Shown here: positions 12,864 through 31,400 of the stretch, one piece after another
Numbering within the stretch: position 1 is the first letter of the stretch
Layout of the letters: every line of letters starts with the position of its first letter
NCBI RefSeq assembly: GCF_009914755.1
Contig: NC_060928.1
Length of the DNA stretch: 64,000 nucleotides
Strand: one strand, 5' to 3'
Source of the DNA: the human T2T-CHM13v2.0 reference genome, Homo sapiens
Made by a program: the position numbers and the translations under genes
Notes under the pieces: model-generated
What the model was told of the DNA's origin: nothing
Database searches by the model: none
What the model saw: the letters and a program-made list of their open reading frames with translations, nothing else

Positions 12864-13944
12864 CAAGATGTGTAATATACATAAGAATCATCTGGGCCAC
12901 TTGTTGATTATACAAAATTCTCTCTGATTTAGTAAACCTGGATTGGAACCCAGGTGATCATGAAGAAAAGAACTTGGGAAACTGAAGTCTGAGATGTTAT
13001 GGGGAAAGCAGTTTACCCAGAAGCAGTCAGGAGTTGCTTGTAAAACCTAGATGTACATATTAAAGAGTTAATGTAATATAATTGTGAGTATGTGAGGAAA
13101 TAAGAGTGGGGTTTATGTGTGGCAGCATTGTATGTAGCCATCTGTAACCAAAGAGTGGAGAGTCAGATTCCTAAAGGCCTCCTAAAGTCTAAATACTAAC
13201 AAGCAAAACCTCAAACAGAAGAATCTTTGACCTGTAAATACGGGAGACAAGACAATTCTATTTCATTTTTTATCCAAATATAAAAGCTAAGTAAATAAAT
13301 TGTGATGACTGGACATTCAGTTTAATTCTTTAGTTTATCATTATGTTTTGGTTTTCTCTTCCTCTCTCTCCCCACCTCCTCTCCCACTCCCCAACCTTCA
13401 CAGCTGTAATGGGTTGAGTTGCTTATAATGCCCTGATAGTACACAGGGTTTCTTCAAAGAGATCTCTTATATTCTGGAGCTTAAAAGTATATTAGGGCAA
13501 TCCAAGGGGTGGGGGAAATTCAGCTTTCTTTGTTTTAAAGTTTTAAAGACGTTTGTATTTAAGTTTTAAAGATGTGAGATGTTACGTGAAATCTCCACAT
13601 TTTATCTCTCACTAGCCGTTTGACAGATAGTGGAGTGTTTACCATTGCCAGGCATTATACTAGACACTCACTGTTACTCCACGTGTGATCAGTACTCTAC
13701 TACTGGCCCTATTGCTCACACTGAATCTGGAGCTGGCCTAAGCTGCTTGAATCCTCAGAGTTAGTTCAGATGCCCATTCAGTTTTAGTTTAACTCCTATT
13801 GGTCCTACAAAAGGACTTGTAAAGTTGGTGTTTATGAGGTAGTTTTTGAGAATTTTTGTACTGGAATGTTTTCCTATGTACATACATTGTTTGCAAGAAT
13901 ATAATAAAAATTATTGTAGCATTCATTCTGAGTTCTTTTTCAAG

Positions 13945-14112
13945 GTAATGTTATGGGACCATATTTTGCCTTTTGTGCTGTGGTGGATGGTATTCAGTAC
14001 AAGACTGGACTGGGACAAAATAAAAAGGAGTCTAGATCCAATGCAGCAAAATTAGCTCTTGATGAGCTTCTACAACTGGATGAACCTGAACCACGAATTT
14101 TAGAAACATCAG
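13945..14112 (+). CDS. ADAD1: ADAD1 coding exon 3 (dsRBD core)
   Basis: Acceptor tttttcaag|GT; [38 protein letters not shown] (GxGxxKKxxxxxAA dsRBD signature); donor CAG|gtaaat; 168 nt. The ORF track shows a different frame here. Confidence 0.95.
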
Positions 14113-15359
14113 GTAAATACTCTTGATTATAAAGTATTTATAAGAGGTATCATTTTTCAAAAGGAATCACCTGAAAGATTTATGTTAATGAGAGTTACTT
14201 GGCAGCTACAAGATAGAAGTTGCAGGATTTGAATAATTTATTTCAGTTGCTGTCCACTGATGTATTTAATAGTAGTTAAAATGCTCTTGCATATTTCAGC
14301 ACTGAAAGGTATAATCATGTTGCTAAACTGTCCGGTAACTTGTCAGGTTGTTAATTGACAGATTAAGTCCTAAAATATAGTTTTCTTTGTAATTTGTTAG
14401 ATTCTTATTATGAATGTAATACTGTACATTTAATACTTAGAGGTTTTAAATGCAGCGTTTGTGAAGTTTATGTTAAATTCAGTAAATGGTAGAATTACTT
14501 GAGAAAATGGCCTAAGGTAGCATAGCAAATAGGTTAAGTGTGTGAACTCCAGAATTCGATTGCTCAGGTTGGAATATTGACCCTATGCTGACAAGTTGTT
14601 TGCCCTCTAAACCTGTTTTATTTGGAGAGGGGAGACAGTGATAGTTATACCTTCTGTGGTTGTCATTAGGATTAGATAAACAATGCATGCAAAGTCCTTA
14701 ACCAGTGCCTACTGAAGAATACACAATCAAATTACAAAGTATTTAAAATACTTTGTTGAACTCAAGTTAAAACATACCTATAGAATTTCCTAAGCATCCA
14801 GTTAAATTGTGAGAAAAATATATTGATGATTAGTTTCTCCTGCCTTTTCCCTAATAGCTTTCAGAATGTTTATGTAGGGCTAGCGAATGTTTTGCCCACT
14901 GGTCTGCAAACTTTAGTTTCTAAAACATTTATTTTTTTCCCTCCTTCATAAAAATTAAGGTGGCATTTAACCATGTCTGCTGCCACTACTTTGAAAACTA
15001 AGGCAGCATTTACCCATGTCTGCTGTCGGCACTTCTATATTCATTATTGTTTTCTCCAAAAAGTACCAATGGTGCCTTAATTACAACTAAAAGTTCTTTA
15101 ACGATATATTCTGTCTTGGGCTAGAGCCTGAAAAAATAATAAGGTCATCTTTTTCCCTATAGTAAGCTAGAGTTTCTTCTTTATTTTTTCTACTGTAGAC
15201 AGCTGAGTTTAAATATCTATTTGTGTTATGAAAGGATGTAGAAGATAAGAGTTCAGTATTCATTATTAACAATTTTTCTAGTCTTCTCCTTCTTATTCAC
15301 AACATAAAACTTTTAAAACTTTAGTTTTTTTCAAAATTTTGAGCTCATCACTGTTTTAA

Positions 15360-21832
<6,473 letters not shown>

Positions 21833-21837
21833 TTGTC

Positions 21838-22150
21838 TTTTTTGTTTGTTTGTTTTTTGTTTTTTGTTTTGAGACAGAGTCTCTCTGTCACCCATACTGG
21901 AGGGCAATGGCGCAGTCTTAGCTCACTGCAACCTTTGTCTTCCAGGTTCAAGTGATTCTTGTGCCTCAGCTTCCTGAGTAGCTGGAATTACAGGTGCGCG
22001 CCACCATGCCCAGCTGACCTTTGTATTTTTAGTAAAGATAGGGTTTCGCCATGTTGCCCAGGCTGGTCTCAAACTCCCAGCCTCAAGTGATCTGCCCAAC
22101 TCAGCCTCCCAAAATGCTGGGATTACAAGCATGAGCCAACATGCCTGACC
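21838..22150 (-). mobile_element. Alu (J/S)
   Basis: Antisense Alu abutting the L1 5' UTR. Confidence 0.9.
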
Positions 22151-22329
22151 TTGTACTTGGTGTTTTAAAATGCAAAACATCTTGTACAGTCTTTCTTTCT
22201 TTGTTTATTGAAATTATTTATGCCTAATAAACAGGATTTAATATCTTTAATTTTCATTCCATGGAATTAAATCTATCTGTCTCTGAGTTTTAAAGTTCTG
22301 CTTATCTAAAATCCAGAATGTCAACAACT

Positions 22330-22860
22330 CTATTACTGGGTTTATAACCAAAAGAAAATAAATTATTCTTTCAAAAAGACACATGCAATCTTATGTTCAT
22401 CTCTGCACTATTCACAACAGCAAAGACATCAAATCAACCCAGGTGCCCATCAGTGGTAGATTGGATAAAGAAAGTGTGGTACATACACAACTGTGGACTA
22501 CTATGCAGCCATTAAAAAAATAAAGTCATGTCCTTTGCAGCAACATGGATGGAGCTGGAGGCCATAATCCTAAGCAAATAAACGCAGGAATGTAAAACCA
22601 AATACCTCAAGTTCTCACTTGTTGTTAATATTAGGAGCTACTCATTAAGCATGTGTAGCCATAAATATTGGAACAATAGATGCTGTGGACTACTAAAGGG
22701 TGGAGGGAGGTGGGGGTAAAAGAAAAACTACCTTTGGATACTATGGTCACTATCAGGTGATGGAATCCATACTCTAAACCTCAGCATCATGCAGTATTCC
22801 CATTTAACAAACCTACACATGTACCTCCTGTATCTAAAAAGTTGAAAGTTTTTGAAAAAA
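22330..22860 (+). mobile_element. L1 3' end fragment (sense)
   Basis: L1 3' UTR motifs, G-rich tract and A-tail. Confidence 0.8.
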
Positions 22861-23729
22861 GTTTATACTTTATAAATTGTTACTATATGGTATATGGGGG
22901 ATGTAGTGCTCTAAATAAATAAAACTGGAATTTCTTATCAGATAAAAAAATAAAAAGTCCAGCGTCTATGTATCTAAACCATACTTAGTATTTTTCTTTT
23001 ACTCGTATGAGCTCTAAGGTGACATTGTCACTCTTTGTTCACTTCTGTCTTCCTCAAAATTAATTCCAGAGAAGCAGTTCTGTTTGCTTTCTTTGTCTTT
23101 ATGAATGATTCTTAAGAGAAACTGACTACTTTAATTGGTACCTTAGCTTCTGCAGCCTCTTCCTTAAATTTTCCTGATTTTTTTTTTTTTTTTTTGTCCC
23201 TCAGGTTTAGTGGTTTTTAAACTTTTTTCTGTACTCCCTAACTTTGGAGACCAAATTGAAAAGCAGTTGTAAAGAGTGAGACTAAAAGCATTGAAAACTG
23301 CGAATGTAGCATTCCCTTAGAAAAATGGCCTGGTAAAATAGTGTTATTTATAAAATGATATATTTTACTCATTAATTTTTAATAGAACATTAATTTAAAA
23401 TGTTTTTCACAGTATTATAAATAGAAAGTTGTTTATATGTATCTAAAATAGGATTTCATTTTAGCAGCTTTTCAGGATGTTGCATCTATTATAAAGCAAG
23501 CAATATTGTACTGTAAGATTAGGAAACTCAGAAATTTGTTTGCATAAACAATTTCAAAATAGGAAAGACATTTATCAGGGCTGAGCTAATGAGTATTTGA
23601 TGGCCCAGAGTTGGCAAAAATACGGAAAAAAAAATTTTTGGATTGCTGTTTTATTACAGAATAAAAGAAATACCAGCTCTTTGGAATGTTGAAGTTTCAT
23701 GTTTCCTTATGTTTTTGTTTTGTTTACAG

Positions 23730-23798
23730 GTCCTCCTCCTTTCCCTGCAGAACCTGTTGTTTTATCTGAACTAGCATATGTTTCAAAAGTACATTATG
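23730..23798 (+). CDS. ADAD1: ADAD1 coding exon 4 (linker)
   Basis: Acceptor tgtttacag|GT; [22 protein letters not shown]; donor ATG|gtagga; 69 nt. Confidence 0.9.
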
Positions 23799-25191
23799 GT
23801 AGGAAAGTTTTTTGTGACGTTCTTCTTTAGAAGAGTAGCCCAATTAAAAATAGTAACAACATAATTAAAATAAGCATAGGTATGAAAATGTACATTAACA
23901 CTTTATCATCCAAACCTTTCACACTTCTACAAAAAGAAGAATTTTTTTCTATACTATGCTAAAAATGAAAGAAACAAGGAATGGAGAGGACAGATTGAAG
24001 AAAAGATTTTTTTTTCCTATAAGGAGATGTTTTATCAATTTCATACATCTTTTTTAGAATTCTTTGCTTTGGTGGGCTTGTCATGAACGAAAACCAATGG
24101 CTTTGTGATACTTGGAGGTCATTTGACACATTCATTTCAAATAATTTGTTTATTTTGTTTTAATGACCATTATTTGTCACTCAAGCCCGAGAAAGCTGCA
24201 ACTTCAATTGAAGTTACTAGTTGTGTGACCTAGGACCAGTTACTTCTCTGTGTACGTTTTTTACTCATCTATGAGATAGTCATTACGGTAATTATCTTAT
24301 AGGGTTATCATGAGGATTAAATGAATTCATAAATGTAAAATTCTTAACATCAGTGCCTAACACACCATAGATACTCACTAAATAGTAACTAATATTATTT
24401 TATTATAACAATCATATTTCACATTGTATGGTAGTTATTATATATTTTGCCTTTTAGATTATGAATCTCCTGAAAGCTAGACAATTATTCTTAATTTTTA
24501 CTTTTACTACCAAGTGGGCACACTTCAGACTTTAAAGTTTAGAGTATTTGTAAGAGGAAAAAGGAAAGGAGCCTTTATTTTCCATTTTCAGGCCTGCAGG
24601 TTAGGATTTGACAAGTTCCATGCCTATTCAGCATCCATTGTCTTTCTAAGACAGGAAAAAGGCCTTGCACATTTGTGTGCTTGCGTGAAGTAAAAGGACC
24701 AGACCAGGGAAAATAGGCCCATTCAAAAGACAAAAATCCACCAATAGTTAGATATAGTGTGTGGCCTAACAGTTGTAAGAACTGATGAAGAGAGGGCAAT
24801 GAGGGATCAGTCCTACAGCAGTGATCTCTTAATATGGGAAGAGGTTCTTGTCTTTCCTTTCAGCTTCTGTGTACATTTTTAACGAATAAGAGGATAGAAT
24901 CCTAAGTCAAGGATGGCAAATAATATAGATTGCTATTACTTCAGGAAAACAGGTGATAATCTGTGAGAAAGAATATGTAGTTTTTAAAAATACCAGGTTT
25001 GGTAGGCTTAGGTCAGGAGACATATCTGTCATAAAAGGGAAAGCAAATTCTTTAAATTTATTGGTAAGAACAAGTTTTGGATGTTATAACTTTTGAAGAA
25101 GAAAGATTTGAGACCCACAAATTGTTGGGCCAGTTACAGAGGTAGTCACTATTTCCCAGCCTGTGTGGTTTGCTATATATATGTGTGTGTG

Positions 25192-25819
<628 letters not shown>

Positions 25820-26393
25820 GGATCCATAGATAACTTTTGATGTATATTCTTGGTTATAAACTGTTCTATGGTAATCCTGGGTTACTTAGAGCTATCCTCC
25901 TCCTCTTTCAAAATTTCTGTCTTTTTTAGTGAGAACATGGAACTATATCAAGAATCTAAATGCTTAGTGGTTTATAGCGGTTCTCAATGGGACAAATAAT
26001 AAGAGAATGTATTTTGGTTGTCACAATGATTAGGGCATTCAGTGGGGTGCTGGTCATCTTGCAAAGTGTGGCACAGTCCTGTACAACAAAGAATTGTCTT
26101 GTGTCCTGTATGACTTTTGAATATATCATCAGAGAAACTCTACAGATATAAATCAGTAGTCTGCTAGTATGTAATACTGACACATCTTTTTATAAGTTAT
26201 CCAAAAAGCTCAATAACTCATATTCTTTTAGAATTGAAAACTTTGAAATCTCAGTCATGACCTAAATTATAAATTTGCTTACAGATGTCTATATATTATT
26301 AAATAATTTGATTGTAAGGTTATAATAAGAATAATAAGACAGCTCTAGGAGGAGCACAATGTTCTTGAAATTTATGTTTTGATTTTTTTCTAG

Positions 26394-26519
26394 AAGGGAG
26401 ACATATTCAATATGCAAAGATTTCACAGATCGTTAAAGAAAGATTTAATCAACTAATTTCTAATCGTTCAGAATACCTGAAATATAGCAGTTCATTGGCT
26501 GCTTTTATAATTGAAAGAG
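26394..26519 (+). CDS. ADAD1: ADAD1 coding exon 5
   Basis: Acceptor ttttttctag|AA; [18 protein letters not shown]...LAAFIIER; donor GAG|gtaagt; 126 nt. Confidence 0.93.
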
Positions 26520-28134
26520 GTAAGTCCACATATTTGGGAAAAACTAATATTGTAATAATCTAATAGTAATATTTTAGTTAACTATCTTTGCCCCTGTACA
26601 CAATGGTGTTGCATTGATTTGAAGTGACTTTTTCTAGTAAGTGTGGGTCATTAAACACAAAGCTTCTCCAAGGTAGAGATAAAGCACACTGACCAGGACC
26701 CAACAGAGAACTGCAAAATGGTGAAAGTCCTAACATTTTAAACCTTAGCCCTGCTGGCATCACTACCCTTCTGAAATCTAGTCCTCAGTAACATTAAGAG
26801 TAGCATCTTTTCTTCATTTTCAAGTAAGAAAAGATTGAAATATGGAATCTTATTCTTGTGGACATATAATGTGATTCTAACTATGTTTTTATCTTGTGTT
26901 AACGCTTTAATGTTCTGAGTTCATCATTAATTAAAACCATTTGAGTCTTACATTCATCTCTGAATTAGATATTATAAATTATATAGAAACAATTTGAGAT
27001 TTGATTCCTATTCTTAAGGAGTTGTTATGATCTAAGTAGGCAGAGTAGATAAATATACTAGTCGAAAGTCTAAGATGATAAAAGTTAAAACTTGTTTTCC
27101 ATAATGCAAAAAGTGTGTGAGAATTCATAGATAGGAAAGAAATGATAGGGTTTAGAATCTTTTGGAATAGGCATGACTTAAGCTGTAACTTTAAGGGTTG
27201 ATAAAATTTGGATAAATAGAAGAAAGGAAGACATTTTTGCAGAGAGAAAGGAATGAGGGAAGCAGCAGTGAGAAAACTGCAGGACAATGAGGTAAATTTA
27301 TTGCTAGCACAGATTAGTCTGTGTACAGGAGTAATACAAAATGCAGTTAGATTGATAAAATAGTGCCAGATTATGGAGTGGTTTAAAAACAGGTCAAAAG
27401 TTAAATTTAATAAGATCAGTTAAAGCTGTAATTTCAAACAGTGATAGACCATGGGCTGTAATTGTTGGGAGCATTAATCAGACTCAGTTCTGCTATTTAA
27501 ATTACTTTGGGCAAATTATATACTTAACATCTCTATGCTTTAATTTTTTCTCATTTCTTAAAAGTAGAGATAATAGAAACAGTGACAACCCAACTTCATG
27601 GAGTTGTTAGGATTAGATATAATAATGTCAATATTAGTACTTGGCATTTAGTAAAAGCCTAATTTCATTTGTAATGATTAAGATAAATGAATATTTAAAC
27701 AATAATTGACAAATAATTTTTTAAAAGATTGCAGGGGTTGAACCTGAATTATGGAATCACAATTTATGTGGTTGTGATGGAGTGCCTACATTAGAGTTGA
27801 GGTGGACATAAATGGGAAGGGAAAAATACATTTTTAAAAAAATTTGATAAGGTGAAAGTGACAATAAATGATAGATGAAGTGACATGAATAAAAAGTAAT
27901 ACCAACATTTAAAGTTGACGTAGGATAATCATGTTTCCTCATCCATAGGGAATCTAGAAGCTAGTGTGAAGCTGATTGAAGAAGAGCATGGATAAGAATA
28001 ATAAATGTAGTTTTAGATAATATGAGTATGAATATAAGCAGGAAAAGCTTGAGTGCAATCAGATGAACATTCCTGGAGTAACTCACATAATCAGTACATA
28101 TTTAAGATGTATTATTAGAAATTTTGCCTCATCA

Positions 28135-28456
28135 GTTTTTAAAAAATTTCAGTAGTTTTGGGGGAATGGGTGGTGTTTGGTTATAGGGATAAGTTCTTTA
28201 GTGGCGATTTCTGAGATTTTGGTGCACCCATGACACAAGCAGTCTATGCTGTACCCAGTGTGTAGTCTTTTATCCCTCATCCCCCCTGCTACCCTTCCCC
28301 CGGTGCCCCAGAGTCCATTATATCATTCTTATGCCTTCTTGTCTTCCTGGCTTAGCTCCCACTTGTAAGTGAGAACATAGAATGTTTGATTTTCCATTCC
28401 TCGTTACTTCCCTTAGAATAATGGTCTCCAACTCTATCCAGGCTGAGTAGTATTCC

Positions 28457-28487
<31 letters not shown>

Positions 28488-31400
28488 CTGCGCCACAATT
28501 TCTTTATCCACTCATGATTGATGGGCATTTGGGCTTGTTCCATATTTTTGCAGTTGCAAATTGTGCTGCTATAAACGTGTGTGCAAGTGTCTTTTTCATA
28601 TAATGACTTTTTTTCCTCTGGGTAGATACCTAGTAGTGGGATTGTTGGATCAAATGATAATTCTACCTTTAGTTCTTTAAGGAGTCTCCATACTGTTTTC
28701 CATAGAAATTGTACTAGTTTACATTCCCACCAGCATTGTAAAAGTATTCCTTTTACACCACATACACGTCAACATCCATTATTATTTTAATTTTTAAATT
28801 ATAGCCAGTCTTGCAGGAGTAAGGTGGTATTGCATTGTGGTTTTGATTTGCATTTCCCTAATAATTAGTGATGTTGAGTATTTTTCATATATTTTTGTCC
28901 ATGTTATATCTTCTTTTGAGAATTGTCTATTCATGTCCTTAGCCCATTTTTTTGATGGGATTATTTTTTTTTTTCTTGCTGATTTGAGTTCCTTGTAGAC
29001 TCTGGTTATTAGTCCTTTGTCAGATGCATAGTTTGCAAAGATTTTCTCCCACTCTGTGGCTTGTCTGATTACTCTGCTGATTATTTCTTTTGCTGTGCAG
29101 AAGTGTTTTAGTTTAAGCCTCATCTGTTTATCTTTGTTTTTGTTGCATTTGCTTTTGGGTTCTTGGTCATGAACTCTTTGCCTAAGCCAAAATGTAGAAG
29201 AGTTTTTCCAATGTTATCTTCTAGAATTTTTATGGCTTAATGTCTTAGATTTAAGTCTTTGATCCATCTTGAGTTGATTTTTGTATAAGGTGAGAGATGA
29301 GGGTCCCAGTTTTATTGTTATACATGTGGCTTGCCAATTATCCCAGCATCATTTGCTGAATAGGATGTCCTTTCTCCACTTTATGTATTTGTTTGCTGTG
29401 TCAAAGGCCAGTTGACTGTATTTTGTTTTATTTCTGGGTTCTCCATTCTGTTCCATTATTCTGTTCCATTATTCTGCGTGCCTAGTTGTATACCAATACC
29501 AATACCATGTTGTTTTGGTAATTATAGCCTTGTAGTGTATAGTTTGAAGTCTGGTAATGTGATGCCTCCAGATTTGTTCTTTTTGATTAGTCTTACTTAG
29601 ACTATGCAGGTTGTTTTTTGGTTCTATGTGAATTTTAGGATTTTTTCTAGTTCTGTGAAGAACAGTGATGGTATTTCTATGGGAATTGCATTGAATCTGT
29701 AGATTGCTTTTGGCAGTATGGTGATTTTCACAATATTGATGCTACCCATCTTTGAGCATGGGAGATGGGAGGTGTTTCCATTTGTTTCTGTCATCTGTGA
29801 TTTCTTTCAGCAGTGTATTGTAGTTTCCCTTGTAGAGATCTTTCATCTCCTTGGTTAGGTATATTCCTAATTTTCTTTTCTTTTTTTTTTTTTTTTTTAG
29901 CTGTTGTAAAGGGGGTTTAGTTCTTGATTTGATTCTCAGCTTGGTCACTGTTGATGTATAGCAGAGATACTGATTTTTGTACATTGATTTTGTATCCTGG
30001 AACTTTATTGAATTCATTTATCATATCTGGGAGGTTTTTGGATGAATCTTTAGGGTGTTCTAGATATGCGATCATACCATCAGTGAACAGTGACAGTTTG
30101 ACTCCCTCTTTACTGATGTGGACGTTCTTTATTTCTGTCTTTTGTCAGGTTGCTCTGGCTAGGACTTCCAGTACTATGTTGAATAGAAATGATGAGAGAA
30201 GGCATCCTTGTCTTGTTCCAGTTCTTTCTCAGGGTGAATACTTTGAACATTTCCCTGTTCAGTATAATGTTGGCTGTGTGTTAGTCATAGATGGCTTTTA
30301 TTACCTTAAGGTATGTCCCTCCTATGCCAATTTTGCTGAGGGTTTTAATCTTAAAGCGATGCTGGATTTTGTCAAATGCTTTTTCTTTATCTATTGAGAT
30401 GATCACATAATTTTTGTTTTTAATTCTGTTTATGTGGTGTATCACATTTATCACCTTGCATATGTTAAACCATCCCTACATCCCTAGTATGAAACCCACT
30501 TGATCATGGTGTATGATCTTTTTATGCTCTTGGATTCAGTTAGCTAGTATTTTTGTTGAGGATTTTTGCATCTATGTTACTCAGGGATATTGGTCTTTAG
30601 TTTTCTTTTTATTTAATGTCTTTTGCTGGTTTTGGTATTAGGGTGATACTGGCTTCATAGAATGTTTTAGGGATCATTCCCTCTTTCTCCATCTTTTGGA
30701 ATAGTTTCAGTAAGATTGGTACCAATTCTTCTTTGAATGTCTGATAGAATTCAGCTGTGAATCTGTTCGGTTGCGAACTTTTTTGTTGGGATTTTTTAGA
30801 TTATGGTTTCACTCTGACTGCTTGTTATTGGTTTGTTCAGAGTTTTATTTCTTCCTGGCTTAATCTAGGAGGGTTGTCTGTTTCCAGGAATTTATCCATC
30901 TCTTCTAGATTTTCTAGTTTGTGCATGTGAAAGTGTTCATAGTAACCTTGAATGATCTTTTGTATTTCTGTGTCATCACTTATCTCCTGTCTTGTTTCTA
31001 GTTGAGCTTATTTGGATCTTGTCTCTTCTTTTCTTGGTTAATCTCACTACTGGTCTATCAATTTTGTTTGTCTTTTCAAAGAACCAGCTTTTCGTTTCAT
31101 TTATCTTTTGTTTTTGGTGTTTTTTGTTTCAATTTTGTTTATTTCTGCTCTGATCTTTATTATATCTTTTCTTCTGCTGTGTTTGGGTTTGGTTTGTTCT
31201 TGTTTCTCTAGTTCCTTGAGGTGTCACTTTAGATTAGTCTGTTTGTGCCCTTTCAGACTTTTGATATAGGCATTTAATGCTATGAACTTCCCGCTTAGCA
31301 CCCCTTTTGCTGTATCCCAGAGGTTTTGATAGATTGTGTCACAATTATTGTTCAGTTCAAATAATTTTTTAATTTCCATTTGATTTCATTGTTGATACAA

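Noticed and set aside
13846-14055. 69-aa ORF overlapping the dsRBD exon in another frame
   Set aside because: Starts at a TTG in the intron and is a shadow of the real exon.
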